Both the position numbers and the translations under genes were made by a program. Positions 10,901-22,900 of a stretch of 64,000 nt of DNA are shown piece after piece. Position 1 is the stretch's first letter, and the number at the start of each line of letters is the position of its first letter. Source of the DNA: Nymphaea colorata (Eukaryota); assembly GCF_008831285.2 (NCBI RefSeq), contig NC_045138.2:22072001-22136000 (forward strand), written 5' to 3'. The notes beneath the pieces were generated by a model. It made no database searches and was not told where the DNA came from. It saw only the letters and a list, made by a program, of their open reading frames with translations.

Positions 10901-13900
10901 GTCGCTCCTTTTAAGGGCAAAAATGTATTTTTACAGACGAAAAGAGGGCTTTGGTTAAAAACTTGCCGCGATTCTCTCCTTCGTCTCTCAACTGAAGATT
11001 CTCCTTCGTCTCTCAACTGAAGATTGAAGAGGGGGCATTCTGAAGAGCGGACACCAGACGGACGAGCGGTGAGAGGGGGTCGCCGGGAGTCACCGAGGCT
11101 GACGGGAATCGGCATCCTCTCCTTCGTCTCCTACTCATTTTCATTCAACTGAAGAGGGGACGAGCGGTGAGAGAGCTTTGTTTTACAGTTTAAAACTCAC
11201 CGCTCAGTTGCTGTTTTCATGGCATAGCTTTACTTTTATATGTTATTTGTTGGTTAGTCGAGCATCAATGGTGTTGAGAATGACTTCATTTATTAATCAG
11301 GTTGGGTCGACGGTTTATTGGGCAAGTCACTAGGATTTAGGGGCTCAGTTGCTGTTTTCACAACAGAAAGGGTATTAAAGCCTAAGGGATGGAATCATGG
11401 AAGATGTAAACATCTTCATCCATTTCCAATGGACAAAGTGTGGCAGTTTTCATAATGGACTCATCTACAGATTCTACACCCTCAATTAGAAATTTAGAAC
11501 CCAATATCCTGCTGGTGCTTCACTAATGGGAAGTCGATAACGAGCTTGGCAGACCCACAGTTTTGTGACTAATTTAACTGTCGTGTCTTCCTCAGGTGAA
11601 TAAACTTCACCTTGCAGACACACTGCCCAGTTTGGATTTTTCCACTGTAACGGATCAAAGACACCACAATCAGATTTAGGGTAAAGTTTTGTAATGTTAA
11701 CCATGAGAGGCCCCGATGCATCACACTTTTTCATAGCCTCCAAAAGTAACGATGCACGTGGTCCTGTGTAGATATGATCTACTTTTCAATGTTTTTTTTT
11801 AAATTTCTCATTTACTTTATTTGTATATAATTATTAGGATTATTTATTTATTTTTTAAAAATTTTCCGTCTTTTTCCCATTTTATTCCAGGGATATACAA
11901 TTTTGCCATATTATACCCGTCTTTTTCCTTGCCGTATAATACCCGTATACGTTTTTTGTGACAAGTCTTAAGATAATGCGCTCAGCTGACTAATCAGTTA
12001 ACTTGTATTAACAGACACACGAACAGCGAAAAGCAAAAAGATTAACAGAACAACATAAAAATCTTTATAATTCCTTTCTTGAAGGAATTCTGCAAAGACG
12101 ATGTATAATTGGAATGATTGTATTATTGGCAAAAGGAAGACATTGCCTTTTTTCTGTCAGAAGTTTGTGCCAAAAAGCACTTTGAAGTTTGAACTTCTTC
12201 ATTCTGATGCTTAAGGTTACTCCCCCTTAATGATAAAGGTTTTTCTTATTATTTGGTATTTTTTTATGATTATACTAGAAATAACTGGATTAATTTCCTC
12301 AAGCTCAAATCAAAAGCTTTTACAAATTTTCACATTTTCCTTAATGAGATCAAGAACCAATTTGAAAGCAAGCTAAGAACTCTTGAACAGACTCAGAAGA
12401 GAATATTTATCAAACTTTAAGAAATGCTTTGCATAAATGGTATTTTGCATAAAGAAAATGTGCTACAACTCCCGACAAAATGGCCTTTCAAAAAGAAAGA
12501 ATAAACAGAAAACATTGTGTTATATGGTAGCCTTTATTATGATGGTAAATGGAGGTGGCACTGTGTGACTCAGGATTTTGAGAAGTTCAATGAATATGAC
12601 GGGCTTGTTTAGATTCCTCGTATATGCAAAACTGGAAAAGGTCATTTCCTGTCTCCCCGGCAGAGCATTGGAGAACAAAGATACCACTATTGATTGTTAA
12701 GAACCGCCAGAGATCTTACTGATTTAATGTGTCATTGCTAAAGCATCGATAAAGGTCAAAGGTTGACACTGCCATGACAAAGAAACTTTCACAACTCACA
12801 CCCTTTTTCATCGCTTGCAAGAAATCAATCAAGCAGATATTAATTCTAGGAGCCTCCAAAAGACCATTTTGCATGCTTCTCATTTGGAAGAACGCGGATA
12901 AATAAAACAGAACATGAGAATATCTAAGAATTTTCAATTTAAAGTCTTAAAATGACCTGGAATTTATTATCTCTGCTAGCAGGCCCATTGTGATGCCAAA
13001 GAAAAGAGGATGATGCTGTATCTTGCAAGTCAGTGATTTTTCCCCATCTTTATTTGGCAAGTTAAGTGCCTCTTCCAGATTTTGTTCATCTGCGGAAGTA
13101 ATGACTGTGTCTTTTTAGAATCAAACATAAAGTGACAATTACTGATGAACAAATTTGAAAAAAAAAAAAAAAAATCCTATGAGCCTTAGATGTATTCAAA
13201 TATCTAAGACTAGGATAACATGAGATAAGGATAATATTACAAACAATGCTTTTAGTTTCAGCTTTATTATTTGTTAACAATATGCATTAATTATTATTTA
13301 CAACTCTTGCTGACCATAGGTGATAGCATCCATTGCTAATAAAGACAGGCCAAGAATTTCTTGAATGTGCAAGTACTACAAGTGTGACCACTCTATGATG
13401 CAAAAAGCAATGAATGCTTCACCACGGTAAGACGTTAACATACTAAGGAAGAGTAAGTAAAAGAGCAAGAACCACCCGGACATGCCTTCCATATCAAGGT
13501 GGTGGTGAAGCAGATGTACAGTCTGTGCATATCATTAATTTGGTAAAAGCAAGTACTACAGTTGGTCATATATTCTACTGGAACTGCATAATTTGTTTAT
13601 TATATTTTTATCTTTATGTTTGTTTTTTCCACCCTTTTTGTTTCGTTTTTTCCCCTTCTCTTAGCCTCATAAAACATTCCCTAATCCCTAATAAAACATG
13701 TGAAAAAAAAAATGGGTCCATGGAAAAAAAGTAGTATCAGAAGAAGTCTGTTTAGCTTTTCCTCACTTCTACTCCTAAAGCTTCAGTGGTCCATTCCATG
13801 TTAGCATCAAAGCTATTCTTTTAATTTACATGCTGCAAGAAGGGTTCCATCATATGGGTGTTTGAATTCCATACACTTGCAGGAGAACACATACACCATT

Positions 13901-15761
13901 CACACTTAGTGTGGCCTGACATTGGGTGTTTCAAACACGACAACACAGGAATCAGAGGAATAATGCATACCCACATTCCTATTAGTGTCCAAAACCATGT
14001 TTCAACAATTTGGCAGAGCAAAACTGCCTGTACGGATAAAAACTAGTGCTTCAAAATCATTTTGTTCAGAAAAACGGGCCAACATCAGCTACATTTTTCA
14101 TCAACCATTGTGCCCAGGCACACTTCTAGCATCCTCTCCAGCAAATCATCATCACCATTATCTCCAGAAAACATCTTCTTCATAGTCATGCTTCTGCTTC
14201 TTACCTCTGATTTTTGTGATCTTCTTCTTCTTCTTTGGCAGGGGATCCCCATCATTGGGCTGTCTTGATAGGTTTCTTCCTCTTGTTCATGATTTCTTTT
14301 CCTTCACATATTCTTTATTTTCTTATTTTATTTCTTTTTCGTTTTCAACTCTTGCTACAATGGAGGCCATATCAGAGGCACTGCTGGAATCTGCCAAGAT
14401 GTGTGAAACTGGCAGCCTAACCATAATATGTTATTCCTCTTGTCAAAAGAGGCCATTGTATTCTTTCAATGTGCTTTTCTTTGATGTAATCTGTTTCCCA
14501 ATGAAGGTCTTCTGTCTTTCTTCTTCTTCCTCCTCTCTTAATCTGCCAGTCCACCATTTTTCTTCTAATATGATTTTTCTTTTTCCTCTTTCTGCTATGC
14601 ATGTAGCGAAGAGTATGTTCTGGATTCAGGAGCATGAAATTAGAGAAAGGCGAACAACAAAAGTATTTCCCTTCAAAAAGGATGTAAGCAGGTAATCTTA
14701 TTATGTAATTCATTGATTAGATCATATGGTGCATGTGTGTATGATACTATGATTCATTATGATATTTATGTAAAGAAAAGTACAACATTTTGAGAAACCC
14801 TGCAAACATGTCTACCTTAACAATGGCTGCACTAGTCTTGGATCTTAAGCATTTACATAGGCTTTGTCCAATTTGCCCAACAACTGAACATTGGCGACTT
14901 TGTCTTCACACTTGTCCACACGAACCAAACATGGGACAAAAGAACAAGGTGTTTTTAGATACACTACTTATGTGTCTTCCAGCACAATTCAAGACAAACT
15001 ATTCTAGTTTTATTGTGCTATGCAATCAAGTGCCCTCTTAAAGGAAGGGTTTGCCCGATGAAATGAATTGATGACAGGCTTTCAGGCATTGTAGATCCAC
15101 CTGCCACTTGGTGTGATTATATGCCTCTTTTATGTGTGCAAGAACTCCACAAAAGGGGATAACCAAAAGAAAAGAAATGCATCTTCTTGAAACAATTCAG
15201 AGCATGATTCGGAGTTCAGACAAAGAATATGCCTAACAACATTTCTAAAGGATTAAAGAATGATCAACCTCAAGTTGAGTTAGGATCTCTATATCATCAA
15301 ACAAAAAACTACGAATGACAATGTGAAAACAGCCTCCAAAAACAAAATCAAGTCTAAATGACTTGATTGATGACACAACAAAGTATTCTAAACGCAGAAA
15401 GCACAACATACACTTTCTCTTGAACACACTTGTGCACTAAGGCACAGGAAGAACATAAAAACAGCAATGTTATTCAAAAAGCCAAATAGGCTTGGAGGGC
15501 GATGCCGAGATTGCTAAGTCACATGGCCACTTCAATAAGGTTCACGTACCCATGTCATTGTACACGTACCCAAATTGGGTACTTGGACACACTTGGGTAC
15601 TTTTTACATCGAAACTGATTTAAACTACTTAATTTTGCTTGATTTAATTCTTTCTAACTCAGTTTTTCATTCTGTTTTTAGGGTTACTGTTCATTAGCAA
15701 GTAATGTTTTTATTTATATCACCTGTTTATTTAAATGACGTTTTCATTTTATTTTTTTGTG

Positions 15762-15803
<42 letters not shown>

Positions 15804-18800
15804 TGCCGCACCCCGGTAGCCGCATTTTGTAAAGTTGTCATATCCGTACCCGTATCTCTAGACCCGTACCCATGCAACTTAGCAAGATGGAGGCATGAAT
15901 TAAAAAACAAAACAATTAAAAAAAAAAGAAACAAAATGAAAAAAAATATATAAAAGTAACATATATACAATATACATATATGCATGCTATTATATACGCA
16001 TATATATGTGACTGTACGCACATACATGTATACGTATTTACATATTGTTTTTAATAAAAAACCAAAAGCAAGTTATTCCAAGGTATTTGGTACTACTTGA
16101 TATATTCTTATTCCAGAGTACTTGAGAAGCAAGTTTGCCAACTGTGTGTGACTGTGTCAGTGTGTGTGTGCATATATCAGACAGCAATAAGAGGAAAGGA
16201 TGACACATTGTGACTTAATTAGACACATGCTACACATGACAAGATGTACTCGATAAAACACCTTTGTGGCCGTCGGTGAAATTAATTGCACTCCTACATC
16301 AACAGATTCTTGAAAAACAATTGTCCATTGAAACAATGATCGTTATCAATACAAAAGGGGACTGTCTGAAATTTTTAATGCCAATCAAATCCACATTCCC
16401 CAAAGAGAAGGTTCACTGATCCCTGGAAGAACTCCACTACTTTGAAAATAACAAGAAGAAGCTTGAACTGAGTTGGTTGGGAATTGATTAAAAACCACTA
16501 CAAAAGGACAGGTATGGTTGTGCATATTTTAAAGCAGCTTTAGCCGAAGAGGCTAACAACATTGAACAAAGCAATGCTAGCTGAAAGCATATTTAAAGAA
16601 AAAATTCATCTTTATTTGAATAAAAAAGAAACACAAAGACATAAAGCAAGAATCTTAACAAGAAGGGGAGAAATGTGGAAGTAACACCAACTCATACATC
16701 ACCAATATATGCAAATGTGACCAAATCATGGCCAGGTTATCTTATTTGGTGACTTCAAATGACTCCATAGCTAAGAACTCTAATAGTTCTTCTGTGGCAG
16801 TTATAAGACCACATCACAAATTCTTTGTACGACTAAAATTATTAGGTGGTAAAGCACATCTATGAAACAAGTATTTGTCGTAATCTATGTCACACAGGTG
16901 CAGGTGCCGGAGCGCACATTCCAAAAAAATTAGGTGCAGCGGTGCGGTGAGGGTAATTTATTATTATTATTATTATTAGTATAATATATTATATACTCTC
17001 ACACACACACACATAACAAAATTGTCTATAAACAAAACAAAAATACAAATTTACACTATCTACATTTTGTGCTAAGTAAAATACTAAAATCTAAATCAGT
17101 AAATGGTAAATGAGTAAATGTTTATAATACACTTCAAACATTCCGTGCTAACAGTCATTGCAGCAAAACAGATCAAATTATGGATACTATAAAAAACAGC
17201 AAAACCCAGCAGAAATTAGTCATGAAAATATGCTAAGCAAGTAAACATTAAACAACAGTATAACCATCATTGCAGCAAAACAAAAAACTGATCTAGGTGA
17301 AAAACATTAACATTTTAACAGTCAAACTCAAGCATGTATAGTGTAGTGTATACAATGAAAACAACGATCAAACAATTCCACATTTCATAAAACAATCATT
17401 AAATCCTGAACATCACAAAAAAGAACTGAAAAACAGTAAACACACAGCAAAGATGAGCAAGTGGAAACAGAGTTGGGTGCATTTTAAATTGAATGTAAGG
17501 GTTGGGTGCATGAAAATAGAAATGTATTTTCTTTTTAAAGTTTTAAATTGAATAAAATAATGGTCTTTTAGAATATAGACAGTCTGGCGATCCTTTTTAA
17601 AGGACAAGCATTCTAAGGGCAGTTAACTTTTAAAATTTTTGATTGAATAAAATGAAGTTTTTTTTTTTTTTAATGTAAGCACTCTGGTCGAAGGACAGCA
17701 GACTGGTCTTTTTGCTGCCTTTCTTTTTAAAAAGAAAAGTTGGAAGCTTGAAAAAGAAAGAAAGAGGAAATAAAATAACTTTTTCTTGTAAATATACATA
17801 GTCTAGTCGTCCTTTTAAAGGACAGCAGACTGGTTGTCCTTTAAAAGGGACGACTGCTGCACCTTTGACTGTCTGTTTTTTTAAAAAGAGAGGGGCAAAG
17901 CTGAAAGTTTGAAAAAGAACGAAAGAGAGGAGGGAAATGAAAAAGGGCAAGGAAAAAGGAGAAAAAGGGTGAGAAAAAGTAGAAAAAAAAAGGAAAAAAA
18001 TCAGGTGCAGCTTGGATGCATGTCAGAGCCGCACCTGTGTCGTGTCGACGGCTGCTGGGTGCATTTTGAAGCACCCCTGTGACTTAGGTTGTCACCTAAG
18101 TAACACAGGTGCTGGTATGGTTGTAGGTGCAGACACAGGAAAGCTTGAAAGTGCGTGTCCAGGGGCAACACAGTGTATATATATTCAAGTTTTTATTTGT
18201 AATATAGGTAATATTGAGGTAGGGGGAAGGGAGCTTAAGAAAATTTCATTAAAAAGAAAAAAAGTACAATGAGTTGAAAGGGAGCAAAAAGATCTCTCGC
18301 TTTCTCTCTCCCACCCACCCCCCCCCCCCCCCCCCCCCACCCCCGCGCAAAGGTGTGGTACATGCATGCACACACATACCTCCCTCTGCCCTTCCCTGGC
18401 CAAAAACCCTCTTTCCCCACATCAATCTCTCTCTCTCGTTTGCTTTCAGTCACAAATTACTTTCATTTTTCTGTTTCCTTGCATGACCGAAAGCAAATGA
18501 GAGGGAGGATCATTTGCTTTCAGCATCAGAACCAGATTTGTTTTTTTTTTTCAAGCCCACCGTTTTTTATGGTTTACCCAATAGCCGAAATGTACCCATG
18601 TCAAAGAATCTGCACAGTGTGCACACCTACATGGGTACCCTGGGTTCATTCATGTACCCATGTGACATAGGCTGTAATAAATGGCAAACTTCCAATAGTG
18701 AAATTCAGATAATTTATTTTCATTTTTTTATTATCCTTGAGCTAATTGCACCATGCAGGCTATAAGCTGACCAGAGGCGGAGCTAGGAATTTTTCATGAG

Positions 18801-19877
18801 GGGGCGAATTATAGTTTCAAAATTTTGACATGGGCCGAAATATAATTTTTCAAAACTTTTATATAGGTTAAATAAAAAATTTGTAAATTTACATGTACAT
18901 TTCCAAAAAAAAATGTGGGGGGGGGGGGGGGTACCCCGCCCCAACCCCCCCCATGTCTCTGCCCCTGAAAGTGCCATATAGTCACATATATTGTACTGTT
19001 TAGGTTATTTGTGGTTTATTTATTGCTATACACATTATCACCTCGATTCAGGAGTTTGTAGGTATACACATTATCACCTCAGATTCGGGAGTTTGTAGGT
19101 TGGAACTTTGAACTTTGATGCAGAAAGCGACATGGAAGTACTACTCAAATTTCGCTTTGCAACACTCACTTTGTATCAGTGGCTTTAACAAAACTTAGTA
19201 CCGAAACACATCCAAATACCAGATTTTCAATGCTTCTACCTTCATAGTAATTTGCATTATCAAGCCTCATCTTGTGTATGTTCCCACATACTATAGGCAT
19301 CAGACCCATCTTGTGTAGGTCGCTACATACTATAGGCATCAGACATTGACTTCCATCACTTCAGAATAAGCTATTCACCAGTCTATATTCATTTTACCGT
19401 TTTATCATAATTACTTGCTTCATAGACGAAAAGACTGAAAATATAGGGCATAAAACTTCTTGAACAAAAAACAAAAAATGCTGTCTGCAATAATTTATAG
19501 AGACAGTGTATCTGAGCATACCATTTGAAACATACAAGTTATCCATGGACTGGAAAAGATCTCGCCCATCATTTGTCAACCCCCAGCGATTGGGTGCTGG
19601 ACCTGCTAAGTATGCACATGCTCTCTCATCAGTGTCCTTCAAGAAAACCTGCGGAGACAAAAGGCAGTACCTTTTAGTTGTCGAGAGATAAAAATTGTAG
19701 TCATGACCTGCAATACACTAGGTCGGTGATACAATATCTGCAAGACACCAAAAATCAAAAACACCCTTGAAATTTAAGGCACTTTTAAAGATACATGCTT
19801 TTTTTTCTCCAAACAAGCCTCTTGTACTTCTCAAATTAGAATCTGTAAACCTTAATTTTACCTTTTGAGAAAAGTGT

Positions 19878-19926
<49 letters not shown>

Positions 19927-22900
19927 ACTCTGAGGAGGGGGAATCCATGGGAAAGTAAATTGCTGCTACTGTTCCTGCTCTTTTTGAACAATTACTGGGA
20001 CCCACCACCTGCACCTCCTTTGATAAGATTAGAAAGAATAATCTTTGATTGACCTCGAAATCTGCCCTAACTCCTCTTTATATAGACTAGAGGAGAGAGA
20101 GAAGTTACAAGAGAAACATATAAAGGAAAAGTTATTACAAAAGTACCCTCTTAAACCTAAAACTGAATATAAACACATCTTAACACTCCCCCTCAAGTTG
20201 GAGCGTATATGTCAAATAGGCTCAACTTGGAACAGCAGCTTTGGAATGGTCCCCTTGCAAGAGCCTTAGTAAAGATATCAGCCGTTTGCCCTGTAGTTGA
20301 AATGTGTGAGGTACTTACAAACCCCTTTTGAATCATGTCTCTAGTATAGTGACAATCTACTTCAACATGCTTGGTTCTTTCATGAAAAGCCGGATTATTA
20401 GCAATAAACAGTGCAGCTTTGTTATCACATAACAGTTGCATAAGAAGAGGCACTTCGACAGTAAGATCCAACATCAGGGATCTAACCCACATAACTTCAG
20501 CAGTACCCTGAGCCATAGCTCTATACTCAGATTCTGCACTTGATCTGGCAACCACAGTTTGCTTCTTACTCTTCCATGTAACCAAGTTGGATCCAATAAA
20601 CACACAAAATCCAGTAGTGGATTTTCTGTCTGAGGGGCATCCTGCATAGTCGGCATCAACATACACAGATATAGTGAGTGAGGTACCATTCTGAAAGAAG
20701 AGTCCCGTTCCTGGTGAATTCTTTAGATACCTAAGAATCATCATAGCAGCATCCCAATGAACTTTCTTGGGCTTATCCATAAATTGACTCACTCTGCTAA
20801 CAGCATAGGCAATGTCAGGTCGAGTAACAGTGATGTATAGGAGCTTCCCAACAATCCCTCTATACTGTCTCGCATCAACATCTTCAGTATCATCATCATA
20901 CAAGCGGGTATTGATATCCATAGGCGTGGATGCAGGCCGACACCCCAGCATCCCTGTCTCTTGCAAAACATCAGTAACGTATTTCCTCTGGCACATGATA
21001 AGTCCCTTTTGATTTCTGGCAAACTCAATACCAAGGAAATAACGTAGTTCACCAAGGTCCTTGGTGACAAAGTGTTGTCCAAGGACATCCTTGATGTTGG
21101 AAATCCCCTGATCATCATCCCCTGTAACAATGATATCATCAACATAGACAAGAACTATCACCGTACCTGTAGAAGTCTTCTTGACAAGGAGGGAATGGTC
21201 GGCCGAAGAACGTCTGAAGCCCTCATTCTCAATATTCTCTGACAATTTCTGAAACCAAGCTCGAGGACTCTGTTTCAGACCATAAATCGCCTTTCTCAAT
21301 CTGCACACTTTCTGACACTCCCCCTCAGCAACAAACCCTGGTGGTTGCTGCATATACACTTCTTCATGTAAGTCACCATAGAGAAAGGCATTTTTGACAT
21401 CAAGCTGTGAGAGGGACCAATTCTTGCTGACAGCCACAGCAAGGAGAATCCGTAAGGAAGCATGTCGTGCCACAGGAGAGAAGGTATCATAATAATCAAC
21501 CCCATAAGTTTGGGTATAGCCTTTTGCAACCAGACGAGCCTTATATCTGTCAATACTGCCATCTGCTCGGTATTTGATAGTAAAGACCCATCTGCAACCA
21601 ACAATGGCTGCATCAGCTGAAGGAGTAACAAGTGTCCAGGTGCCTCTAGACTGAAGAGCATCCACCACTCTCCTCTGCTCCGCCGCTGCCCTGCACGCTG
21701 ATTTTCTTCTCAGCGTCTTCGCTGCATCGCCTCCTCTACTCCGCCGCTGCTCTGCACGCTGATTTTCCTCTCAGCGTCTTCGCTGTCGCCTCTGGTAATC
21801 TGTCTTCGTTCAGTTCTGTTGTTGCCTCTTCCAGCCGATCAGACTTATGGATTGTTGCCCGTGTTAACTGCTTCATGATCAGCATGTTGTCTTTCGATAT
21901 GTGATTGTCTTCTTTTTGCCTGCACTTCCTATTCCGTGGCTCGGTTTCCTCCATTGTGTTGAGCGATGTCTGAAATTAGCAGCGGCGCTAATACCTCTTC
22001 CTTTGTGTCGTCGGGAGAGATGAAGAGTTCCCGACGACACCGAGGGGGAGTGGTGGAGACAGCAGAGGCGATGCAGCGTGCAGCGGCGATTCAGCGGCAG
22101 CGGAGAAGCAACAGTGACGGACGGCGGCGGCGGGCGGAGGTGACAGCCACGGCGGGCAGCGGCGAAGATGACTGCAACAGCTGACGGAGGCGTCGGGCGG
22201 AGAAGACAGCAACGGGCGGAGGCGTCGGGCGGAGAGGTCAGCGACGGGCGGAGGCGTCGGGTGGAGAGGTCAGCGACGGGCGGAGGCGTCGGGCGGAGAG
22301 GTCAGGACAGCGACTGGCGGAGGCGTCGGGTGGAGAGGTCAGCGACGGGCGGAGATGGGTGGACACGAGCGGGTGGAGGAAGCGCAGCGATGGGCGCGGT
22401 CAGGCGGCGGGCGGCGCCGCTCAATCGGCGCGCCAAGGAGGAGGAGACGGCTGCTGCTCTGATACCATGATAAGATTAGAAAGAATAATCTTTGATTGAC
22501 CTCGAAATCTGCCCTAACTCCTCTTTATATAGACTAGAGGAGAGAGAGAAGTTACAAGAGAAACATATAAAGGAAAAGTTATTACAAAAGTACCCTCTTA
22601 AACCCAAAACTGAATATAAACACATCTTAACATCCTTAAATAAAGGGAGTAGGCACACATTGAGTGGACAAAATTCACTTTCCTATATTTGAAGGATAGA
22701 CAAAGATCCAAAGATTTGATTCAAAATCATATGAAATCAACCACTAATGTAGAATTTCCACCATACTTAGATTCTTCAACCATACCAATATAGAAGGATA
22801 ATATTAATACATCAAATAATAGACAACAAATGTGTCACACTCTGTCACACGGGTACTCCTTAGGAGTACCCGCACGGTACCGATACCAATTCGGGTGTGG

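Noticed and set aside
14100..15040. Possible decayed MULE/FAR1-like coding remnant on the minus strand
   Set aside because: Only vague peptide resemblance; cannot be supported without a profile search.
19027..19344. 36-38-bp repeats resembling CRISPR repeats
   Set aside because: Only adjacent pairs with no spacers, no cas genes, eukaryotic intron context.
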